From assembly GCA_031372565.1 (NCBI GenBank), contig JANMLN010000035.1:1-30984 (forward strand): a stretch of 30,984 nt of DNA. Reading direction: 5' to 3'. The DNA comes from Gemmatimonadota bacterium. Its GTDB lineage: Bacteria > Gemmatimonadota > Gemmatimonadetes > Gemmatimonadales > Gemmatimonadaceae. This document shows positions 18,930-26,783 of this stretch, one piece after another (the stretch's first letter is position 1; each line of letters opens with the position of its first letter). The notes below the pieces were generated by a model. The model did not search any database and was not told where the DNA came from. It saw nothing but the letters and a program-made list of their open reading frames with translations. The translations under genes were made by a program, and so were the position numbers.

Positions 18930-18995
18930 GCGGCGAATCTACGCCGCCGTGCGCTCGACCGCAGCCATCGGCGCACCCCAACCGGAGCTTTCTGC

Positions 18996-20174
18996 ATGCC
19001 TTCGCGATCCGCGTTCATCACGGTCGGCGCCGCCGCCGGCGTGGTTCTTCTCGCCGGCGGCGTGGTCGCCGTTCAGGCGGCCAACCAGCAGCCCACCGTG
19101 CAGGCGCCGCGGTTCGAGGTCGACGTGGTCTGGCCCAAGCCGCTGCCGAACCATTGGATCATTGGCAGTGCCGTCGGCGTGGCGGTCGACTCGCGCGACC
19201 ATGTCTTCATCATTCATCGCGGCGACTCCACGCTCGAACAGCGGACGGAATCCGGGAGCGCGGCGAATCCGCCACTCGCCGTCTGCTGCAGCGCCGCCCC
19301 GCCGGTGCTCGAGTTCGATCCGGACGGGAACCTCGTGAATTCGTGGGGCGGCCCGGGCTCCGGGTTCGTCTGGCCGAACTCCAACCATGGCGTCTCGTTG
19401 GACGACCAGGACAATGTGTGGATCGGCGGGAACGGACGCGGCGATTCGCACATCATCAAGTTCACGCACGAGGGAAAGTTCATCGCGCAGTTCGGGACGC
19501 CGGGACAACCCGTGGCAAGCCGCGACAGCACCCACTTCGGACGCGTGGCCAAGATCTCGTTCGACGCGCCGGCCAAGGAGGCGTTCGTCGCCGACGGCTA
19601 CGGCAACAAGCGCGTCGCTGTGATCGACATGACCACGGGCAGGCTCAAGCGCTTCTGGGGCGCGTACGGCAAGGCTCCGCTCGACACCAACATGGGGCCG
19701 TACAATCCGGATGCGCATCCCGCTCCGCAGTTCCGCAACCCGGTGCACTGCGCCGAACCAAGCACCGACGGGCTGGTCTACGTGTGCGATCGCGTGAATG
19801 ACCGGATCCAGGTCTTCAAGAAGTCCGGCGAGTTCGTGAAGGAAGTCCGCCTCTTTCCGGCGACGCGGGGCGATGGCTCGGTGTGGGACATCGCGTTCTC
19901 GAAGGACAAGGCGCAGAAGTACATCTTCCTCGCCGACGGCCGGAACGAGCGGATCTACGTGATGGATCGCCAGTCGCTCGAGGTGATCACGATGTTCGGC
20001 GACGGCGGCCGCCAGCCGGGACAGTTCTTCGCGGTGCACTCGATCGCGACGGACTCGAAGGGCAACATCTACACGACCGAGACCTACGAGGGCAAGCGCG
20101 TGCAGAAGTTCGTGTACAAGGGCATGGCGGCCGTCGCCAGGAATCAGGGCGTTCCCTGGCCGACCAAGCGCTGA
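18996..20174 (+). CDS. Secreted NHL-repeat beta-propeller, PAL-like
   Basis: C-terminal part of the 17421..20174 ORF. The ATG at 18996 has GGAG upstream and a signal peptide (VQA-A). Motifs WPKPLPNHWIIG, SNHGVSLD, VADGYGNKR, PVHC, VCDRVNDRIQVF and AVHSIATDSKGNIYTTE. Confidence 0.85.
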   Translation: MPSRSAFITVGAAAGVVLLAGGVVAVQAANQQPTVQAPRFEVDVVWPKPLPNHWIIGSAVGVAVDSRDHVFIIHRGDSTLEQRTESGSAANPPLAVCCSAAPPVLEFDPDGNLVNSWGGPGSGFVWPNSNHGVSLDDQDNVWIGGNGRGDSHIIKFTHEGKFIAQFGTPGQPVASRDSTHFGRVAKISFDAPAKEAFVADGYGNKRVAVIDMTTGRLKRFWGAYGKAPLDTNMGPYNPDAHPAPQFRNPVHCAEPSTDGLVYVCDRVNDRIQVFKKSGEFVKEVRLFPATRGDGSVWDIAFSKDKAQKYIFLADGRNERIYVMDRQSLEVITMFGDGGRQPGQFFAVHSIATDSKGNIYTTETYEGKRVQKFVYKGMAAVARNQGVPWPTKR

Positions 20175-20206
20175 CCCCCACGGGCCGTGGTGCGGCGGAC
20201 GAGCTG

Positions 20207-21292
20207 TCAGCGTGCGGCCGCACCCTCGACCACCGCCAGGAGGTCAGCTACCGCACGGTCGTAGGAGAAGAGCTTGCGCGCTCGTTCGAGGGCGGCGGCA
20301 CCGAGGCGCGCCGCTTCCTCGCGATCGTGCAGCAGCCGCGCAATCGCGGTCGCCATGGCCGCGGGGTCTTCGGCCGGAACGAGGAGTCCGCTCACGCCAT
20401 CCTCGACGAGCTCACTCAGCGCCCCTCGATCGGTGCTGACGACCGCGCACCCGCTGGCCATCGCCTCGGCTACCGAGTAACCGAACGCCTCATCCCAGCG
20501 AGCGGGGTGCACGAAGACATCGGCGTCGCGGAGCAGGTCCTGCACGTCGTCGCGCAGTCCGAGGAAGTCGACCCGATCTTCCACGCCGAGCGCGCGCGCC
20601 TGCGCCTGGAGGTTGTCGCCCTCGATCCCGCGTCCGACGATGATCAGTCGCGCATCAGGGACGCCCAGTCGCGCGAACGCATCCAGGAGGACGTCGGTCC
20701 CCTTCTCGCGGATCAGGTTGAGGACGGTCATCACGCGCGGCGGCCCGGGACGCCGCTCCGGGGCCGGACGGAAGCGCTCGATGTTGATGCCGTTGTAGAT
20801 GATCTTCGCGTCGTGCAGGTCGAGTCCGAAGACCCGCTCATCGCGGCGGCGCACAAATTCGGAGCAGCAGACATACTCGGACAGGCGCCGGTGCAGCATC
20901 CGGTAGACGACCCGCCGGAGCGTCGACCGCTGCGCGAAGTCGATATCCGTTGACGTCCCGTTCAGGTAGATCATGCGCATGGGCCATGCCGCGGCGGCCT
21001 GCAGCGCAAGTCGGCCGCGAAACGGCAACAACGTGTAGAGCAGCACATCGAACCGGTCGCGCATCCAGCGTGAGCCGCCGAGGAACGACGTCTCCACGTC
21101 GGAGATCGGCACCCACGCGGTGCCGCTTGCCTCGAGCCGCGCGGCGACCCACGGGTGCACCGGCGGACGTCCGATCAGCGAGACGGTGTGCCCGCGTCGC
21201 TGGGCGACCCGCGCAAACTCGACAAACGTCTCTTCCAACGACCCGATCTTGCGAGGCGCCAGATCGGATGCGAGGGCAATGCGCAAACCCAC
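20207..21292 (-). CDS. Glycosyltransferase family 4 (GT-B)
   Basis: IYNGINIERF, EKGTDVLLDA, VDFLG.RDDV..LL..ADVFVHP, EAFGYSVAEAMASG (E-x7-E) and DGVSGLLV. Confidence 0.9.
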   Translation of the reverse strand: MGLRIALASDLAPRKIGSLEETFVEFARVAQRRGHTVSLIGRPPVHPWVAARLEASGTAWVPISDVETSFLGGSRWMRDRFDVLLYTLLPFRGRLALQAAAAWPMRMIYLNGTSTDIDFAQRSTLRRVVYRMLHRRLSEYVCCSEFVRRRDERVFGLDLHDAKIIYNGINIERFRPAPERRPGPPRVMTVLNLIREKGTDVLLDAFARLGVPDARLIIVGRGIEGDNLQAQARALGVEDRVDFLGLRDDVQDLLRDADVFVHPARWDEAFGYSVAEAMASGCAVVSTDRGALSELVEDGVSGLLVPAEDPAAMATAIARLLHDREEAARLGAAALERARKLFSYDRAVADLLAVVEGAAAR

Positions 21293-21295
21293 GCG

Positions 21296-22213
21296 CTAGC
21301 CCTTGATCACGCGGCGCAGCATCTCCTTCATCAGGAGCGGCGTGTCCTGCAACCGGAGCCACGAGAGCAGCATCGCGCGCGAGACCGATTGCATCAGCTC
21401 GAACTTGGGCGGACGCTCGTAATCCGGCTGGTAGTGCGTCTGGTCGCCGAAGCCGAGCAGTTGGCGCCCCGCCTCGTCCAGCCCGCCGAGAAAGGCGGCG
21501 TTGAGCAGCAGCGGATGATAGCGATATCCGACGACGTCCTCGCGCTGAAGCGGGATGCTCGGCTGGTGATAGTTGTAGAAGGTGGCCCACCGCGGATCGA
21601 GAATCGGCATGTTCTGGCGATGCACACCGCTCGTGTCGAAGATCACGACGGTTCCCGCGCTGCCAAAGCACTCGAGAATCTCGCCCTTCACCTTGGTACC
21701 CACCTCGTCCTTGCGGATCGAGCGCGGCGCCTGCTGCCGATGCGAACCCTTCACGTAGGCAAACGCGCCCGAGCGGACGTCGGTGAGGTAGGACGCCACC
21801 TTCACTTCGCGCGGAATCCGATCGGTGATCTTGGTCTGGTCGTACCACGCATCGCCATGCCATCCGTGAAAGTCGCGTCGCGTCGGAAGGGAGAGCCAGC
21901 CCTTGGCCTCGCGCAGCTGCACGTCCGGACCGACATACTGCCGGACGGCCCCGGCAATCAACGGATGCGTGGCGAGGTCGACGAAGCCCTGATCCAGCAT
22001 GAGCACGTCCTCGACCATGTGCCGGAAGAGCTCCGTCTGCCGAAAACCGTCAAACGTGTTCCACCGCATCCGACTCAGTCCCTGCCGGAACGCCCGCTGC
22101 ATGCCGGCCAGGGAGTCGCCCTGCACGAAGTTCGGCAGTACGACCACGCCGTCCGTATCAAGTGTTTCCACCACTGACGAGATGCTGATCGCGTCGTCGA
22201 CAATCGTTCCCAT
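21296..22213 (-). CDS. Phytanoyl-CoA dioxygenase (PhyH)-like Fe(II)/2-oxoglutarate-dependent oxygenase
   Basis: DGVVVLPNF, HxD motif GWHGDAW, YLTDV..GAFAYVKGSH and GTVVIFDTSGVHR (distal His). Start inferred at ATG 22213, which has GGGGGAG upstream; the ORF track extends to 22330. Confidence 0.8.
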   Translation of the reverse strand: MGTIVDDAISISSVVETLDTDGVVVLPNFVQGDSLAGMQRAFRQGLSRMRWNTFDGFRQTELFRHMVEDVLMLDQGFVDLATHPLIAGAVRQYVGPDVQLREAKGWLSLPTRRDFHGWHGDAWYDQTKITDRIPREVKVASYLTDVRSGAFAYVKGSHRQQAPRSIRKDEVGTKVKGEILECFGSAGTVVIFDTSGVHRQNMPILDPRWATFYNYHQPSIPLQREDVVGYRYHPLLLNAAFLGGLDEAGRQLLGFGDQTHYQPDYERPPKFELMQSVSRAMLLSWLRLQDTPLLMKEMLRRVIKG

Positions 22214-22372
22214 GACCCGCTCCCCCACAAGGCTCGCTGTTTGAAACGCAAAGAGAATGTTAATGACCCGTGTCCGTTCTCGCATCGTGCGGTCCCGACG
22301 ACCCATCCGGTCGTGACAGACCCCTGACACCAGTCCTTCCAGAACCCTGCGGACGAAGGTTTCTTCCCTGCC

Positions 22373-25300
22373 ATGCGTACTCCTCTCTATCTCCAGGCTG
22401 GTGGCCTCCTCGCCACGGCCCTGATCGTGTCCTCCGGATTGTCCGCCCAGCCGAACGCTCGGCGTGCCCCGGCGTCGGCCCCATCGCTGCGTGGATCCGC
22501 GCCCCCCCCTCTATTCTCGGCCCTGCGCTACCGGATGGTCGGGCCGGCGCGGGGCGGTCGCGTCACGACCGTGGCCGGGGTGCCCCAGGAGCCCACGACC
22601 TTCTTCATGGGGACGACGGGCGGCGGTATCTGGAAGACCACGGACGCCGGACAGAGTTGGCTCCCCGTGAGCGATGGCCAGTTGCCCGTCGGCTCGATGG
22701 GCGACATCCGGGTGGCCGAATCGGATGCACGGATCGTCTATGCGGGGACCGGTTCGGACGGACTTCGCTCCAACGTCTCCATCGGCAAGGGGGTCTTCAA
22801 GAGCACCGACGCCGGCAAGACGTGGGGCTTCGTCGGCTTGGGCAACGTCGGGAATATCGGCGCGGTGCGCATCCATCCGGCCAACCCCAACGTGGTGTTC
22901 GTCGCCGCCATCGGGAACCCATTCGCCCCCTCCAACGCGCGCGGACTCTACCGCACCCTGGATGGTGGGGCGAGCTGGACGCGCGTGCTCGCCGTGAGCG
23001 ACTCGACCGGCGCCGTGGACGTGGAGTTCATGCCCGGCAACCCGCAGGTGCTGTACGCGAGCATGTGGCGGGCCGAGCGGAAGCCGTGGACGATCATCTC
23101 CGGCGCACGCGAGGGGGGGATCTACAAGAGCATCGACGGCGGCAACACGTGGGCGCCGCTCACCAACGGCCTGCCCCGCGGACTTGTCGGCAAGAGCAAC
23201 ATCGCCGTCACGGCCGCCAATCCGCAGCGCGTGTACGTGCTGATGGAGGCGAAACCGGGCAATGGCCTGTACCGCAGTGACGATGCGGGCGCCTCGTTCA
23301 CGCAGGTTTCGAGCTTCGCGCAACTCATCACTCGGCCGTTCTACTACACGAACATCACGGCGCACCCGACCAACGCCGACGAGCTGTACATCGGCGCGGA
23401 GGGCTACTGGAAGAGCGTGGACGGCGGCAAGACGTTCACATCGGCGCGCGTGCCGCACGGCGACCACCATGACCTCTGGATCAACCCGCTGCATCCGGAG
23501 ATCATGATCCAGTCGAACGACGGCGGCGCCAACGTCACGCTGGACGCGATGCGCACGTGGAGCACGCAATACAACCAACCGACGGCGGAGCTGTATCAGG
23601 TCTACACCGACCACGCGTTTCCGTATCGGCTCTACGGCGCGCAGCAGGACAATTCGACGCTGATCGTTCCGTCACTGCCGGAAACGCAGGGTGGCGTGGA
23701 CGACCCGATCCAGCTCTGGCGACAGGGCCCTGGTTGCGAAACGGGGCCGCTCTTTCCGCATCCCGTCAATCGCGACACCGTCTACGGCTCCTGCAAGGGC
23801 CAGTTCTCGCGCCTGAACCTGCACACGGGCCAGGAGAAGCAGTACTGGGTGGGCGGGCAGTCGCTGTACGGCAACCCCGGCAAGGACCTGATCTTCCGCT
23901 TCCAGCGCGTGAGTCCGATGGAGGTGTCACCGAACGACAAGCGCACCCTCTATTACGGCTCACAGTACGTGCACCGCTCGCGCGACGAAGGCGCGTCATG
24001 GGACAAGATTTCGCCCGACCTGACCTGGAATCCGCCGGAGCGCCAGCAGACGCCGTCCGGTGAGCCGATCACGATCGACGGTACGGGCGAGGAGAACTTC
24101 TCGACGCTGTATGCGATCCGCGAAAGCCTGACGGACGCGAAGGTGATCTGGACGGGAGCCAACGACGGCCCCTTCCACGTCACGCGCACCGGTGGCCTGC
24201 AGTGGTCCAACATCACCCCCAAGGGACTCGAGCTCGGCGGGCGCGTCAACAACATCGAGCCCTCACCGCATCGGCCCGGGTCGGCGTACTACAGCGTGCT
24301 GCGCTACCAGCTGGGCGACTTCAAGCCATACGCGTATCGGACCGACGATTTCGGCGCGACGTGGACGCTGCTGACCACGGGCGACAACGGCATTCCCGCC
24401 GATCATCCGGTGCGCGTGGTGCGTGAAGACCCGGTGCGCGAGGGGCTGCTCTACGCCGGCACGGAGTTCGGCATGTTCGTGAGCTTCGACAACGGCGGGC
24501 GCTGGCAGCCGCTGCAGCTCAACTTGCCCGCGACGCCGATCACCGATGCCAAGGTCGAGCAGGGCGATCTGGTGCTCTCGACGCAGGGGCGCGGATTCTG
24601 GATTCTCGACAATCTGTCCGTGCTCCGCCAAGCCGCTGACGACATCGTGGCGAAGCCGGCGCACCTGTACGCGCCCCGCGTCGCCACGCGCACACGCTAC
24701 CCCGCGCAGTTCGGAGGGCTCGAGGGCAATCGGTCCAACCCGAGCGATCCGACGTATCCACCACCCGGTGCGATGATCGATTACGTCCTCAAGACCAGCG
24801 GGCCGGTGGAGCTCGCGATTCGGGACGAACGGGGGGCGGTGCTGCGGCGTTTCACGAGCAGCGGCGCCGGCGAGCGCGCCGTCGAACCGGCGCAGCCCGG
24901 CATGCGCGCCCCGACCATGGAGATCGAGGGAACGCCGCGGCTGCCCAACGCAGCGGGGCACAATCGTTTCATCTGGAATCTCGAACTGGCGGGGCCGTGG
25001 GCCGCCGACTCCAGCCGCCGCGGCCGCAACGGACCGATGGTCAATCCGGGTCGTTACACGGTGGCACTTACCGCCGGGGGCATCACGGAGACGCGCCCGC
25101 TCGACGTTCGCCTCGATCCGCGCCTGCCGGCCGACGGCGTCACCCCGCGCGTGCTCGCGGAGCAGTTGGCGCACAACCTGAGCGTGCGCGACCTCGTGAG
25201 CGAGGTCAACCGCCTCGTGGCGTCCGTGCAGGAGGACCTCAAGGCGCTGTCCGCCGACAGTTCCGCGGCGGGGCTGGCCAAGCGACGAGAGCTCGAAGCG

Positions 25301-25480
25301 CTGCGCACGCAACTGGTGACGCCCAGCGTGCGCTACTCGAAGCCCGAGCTGCAGGCGCACATCCAGTATCTCTACTCCCTCAGCATGCAGGCGGACCAGC
25401 TGGTCAGCCGCGACGCGAAGGAGCGCTATCGCGAACTGCGTTCAGCGATGGACCGCCTCAAGAAGAAACCGATCCTCTGA
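22373..25480 (+). CDS. Large secreted VPS10/sortilin-like BNR (Asp-box) repeat protein, putative glycosyl hydrolase
   Basis: Signal peptide, YRMVGPARGGR, repeated Asp-boxes (KTTDAGQSW, KSTDAGKTW, RTLDGGASW, KSIDGGNTW, RSDDAGASF, RTDDFGATW), HGDHHDLWINP, GRGFWILD, C-terminal PG.YTV.L Ig-like domain and helical tail. Confidence 0.85.
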   Translation: MRTPLYLQAGGLLATALIVSSGLSAQPNARRAPASAPSLRGSAPPPLFSALRYRMVGPARGGRVTTVAGVPQEPTTFFMGTTGGGIWKTTDAGQSWLPVSDGQLPVGSMGDIRVAESDARIVYAGTGSDGLRSNVSIGKGVFKSTDAGKTWGFVGLGNVGNIGAVRIHPANPNVVFVAAIGNPFAPSNARGLYRTLDGGASWTRVLAVSDSTGAVDVEFMPGNPQVLYASMWRAERKPWTIISGAREGGIYKSIDGGNTWAPLTNGLPRGLVGKSNIAVTAANPQRVYVLMEAKPGNGLYRSDDAGASFTQVSSFAQLITRPFYYTNITAHPTNADELYIGAEGYWKSVDGGKTFTSARVPHGDHHDLWINPLHPEIMIQSNDGGANVTLDAMRTWSTQYNQPTAELYQVYTDHAFPYRLYGAQQDNSTLIVPSLPETQGGVDDPIQLWRQGPGCETGPLFPHPVNRDTVYGSCKGQFSRLNLHTGQEKQYWVGGQSLYGNPGKDLIFRFQRVSPMEVSPNDKRTLYYGSQYVHRSRDEGASWDKISPDLTWNPPERQQTPSGEPITIDGTGEENFSTLYAIRESLTDAKVIWTGANDGPFHVTRTGGLQWSNITPKGLELGGRVNNIEPSPHRPGSAYYSVLRYQLGDFKPYAYRTDDFGATWTLLTTGDNGIPADHPVRVVREDPVREGLLYAGTEFGMFVSFDNGGRWQPLQLNLPATPITDAKVEQGDLVLSTQGRGFWILDNLSVLRQAADDIVAKPAHLYAPRVATRTRYPAQFGGLEGNRSNPSDPTYPPPGAMIDYVLKTSGPVELAIRDERGAVLRRFTSSGAGERAVEPAQPGMRAPTMEIEGTPRLPNAAGHNRFIWNLELAGPWAADSSRRGRNGPMVNPGRYTVALTAGGITETRPLDVRLDPRLPADGVTPRVLAEQLAHNLSVRDLVSEVNRLVASVQEDLKALSADSSAAGLAKRRELEALRTQLVTPSVRYSKPELQAHIQYLYSLSMQADQLVSRDAKERYRELRSAMDRLKKKPIL

Positions 25481-25491
25481 TGCGATCGACA

Positions 25492-25535
25492 TGCGCCATG
25501 ACGCGCGTGCAGTCCGCGCGCGCGTCATGGACGCA
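25492..25535. terminator. GC-rich hairpin between convergent genes
   Basis: CCATGACGCGCGTGC-agtcc-GCGCGCGCGTCATGG forms 15 bp with one G.U on the + strand and can be extended by TGCG/CGCA. It overlaps the S9 gene stop and has no U-tract. Confidence 0.45.
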
Positions 25536-26625
25536 AGTGCTTCTGAAAGAACGCCCAGACGAGATTCCAGGAGTCCACCTGCTCCGGTGAATCGTCGCGC
25601 TCGAGCGTCTTGGGGTTCACGCGCCGATTGAACGTGTGCCCGCCACCAGCGGCGCCGACCGGCGGATCGACGTAGATCTTGGTCTCGGCCAGCGCCGGCT
25701 TTCGTGCACGCAGCGCGTCGACCATCTGCCGATCCTCGACGTAGTCGACATCGGTGTCGTTGGTGGCCACGTGCACCAGAAACGGAATGGCGAGCGAGTC
25801 CACGCGGTAGAGCGGCGAACGCTTGATGTACTCCTCGCGCTGTTCGAACGGCAACCCGCCGATGCCCGACTGCGTCGCGAACATCCGCTGGTACTCGGGG
25901 CCCTTGTAACTCAGGCGGAAGACGAGGTTGGTGACGGGGACCATCGCGACCGCGGCCTTCAGCGGGGGCGCCGAGCGGAAGGAGATGAGTGACGTGATGT
26001 AGCCGCCGTGGCTCCATCCCATCATGCCGATGCGGTCGGGATCGACGTACGGAAGCCCCTTGAGGACATCGATGGCCGAGCGCACGTCGTCGACCTCCTT
26101 GCCGCCGTAGTCCACGGCGTTGTAGTGCGCGGCGCCGTGCCCCGTGCTGCCGCGATAATCCGGCGTGATGATCACGTAGCCGCGTGCCACGGCCTCCTTC
26201 ACGAACGGCCACATCTGCTCATCCCAGTCGCCGTGCACGCCGCCATGCACCCACACCATCGCGGCATGCGCGCGCGGCCCGCGCGGTGCGAGCGGTGCAA
26301 AGAGATACGCCGGAATGCCGAGTCCGTCCGCGCTGCTGGCGTACGTCACCTTCGTGAAGGTGAGCACCCCTGCCGCCCGAGCGGTCATGATCGACTCGGC
26401 CGCCACCTTCTCCCGTTGCTGCTGCTCGAAGTCGCCCTGCGGATGGTCCTCGGGTCGCGTGCTCACGTACAGCTGCTCGCCCCGCGCCCTGTCCGCGATG
26501 GGCACCCGGGCCGGGCCATCCGGACGCGCGGGGCTGGGCGCCGCGCCGGCGCCGGCGACCGAGGACGACGTGGATGTGCACGCCGTGGTGGCGATCAGGC
26601 AGAGCGCGAGCAGCCGAACAGACAT
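25525..26625 (-). CDS. S9 (prolyl oligopeptidase-family) alpha/beta hydrolase, probable lipoprotein
   Basis: Start inferred at ATG 26625 (MSVRLLALCLIATTA-C, then a Ser-rich linker). VHGG, DYRGSTGHG, GWSHGG nucleophile elbow, NDTDV (Asp) and GGHTF (His). Confidence 0.85.
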   Translation of the reverse strand: MSVRLLALCLIATTACTSTSSSVAGAGAAPSPARPDGPARVPIADRARGEQLYVSTRPEDHPQGDFEQQQREKVAAESIMTARAAGVLTFTKVTYASSADGLGIPAYLFAPLAPRGPRAHAAMVWVHGGVHGDWDEQMWPFVKEAVARGYVIITPDYRGSTGHGAAHYNAVDYGGKEVDDVRSAIDVLKGLPYVDPDRIGMMGWSHGGYITSLISFRSAPPLKAAVAMVPVTNLVFRLSYKGPEYQRMFATQSGIGGLPFEQREEYIKRSPLYRVDSLAIPFLVHVATNDTDVDYVEDRQMVDALRARKPALAETKIYVDPPVGAAGGGHTFNRRVNPKTLERDDSPEQVDSWNLVWAFFQKHLRP

Positions 26626-26783
26626 GGGGCAGGGTGTTGAAGGGAGAGGCGGAATCTTGATGCGACGGGCTGCTCCGTCGCTAGGGGCATGGTTTGGTGG
26701 GCAAGGTTCCACGTCGCTGGCCACGGGACGCGCGCGCCCGCACATTGGCGCACGGCTCGCCACGTCCTCCCCCGCCCCACTCC

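Noticed and set aside
17421..18995. Apparent 917 aa fusion protein ending in the NHL domain
   Set aside because: The first 525 codons are antisense to the hupE-like and cytochrome genes. An RBS and signal peptide mark the real start at 18996.
22600..24500. Recurring similar DNA segments in the VPS10/BNR gene as a possible repeat array or CRISPR
   Set aside because: They are degenerate Asp-box protein repeats, not identical, regularly spaced DNA repeats, and no cas genes are present.
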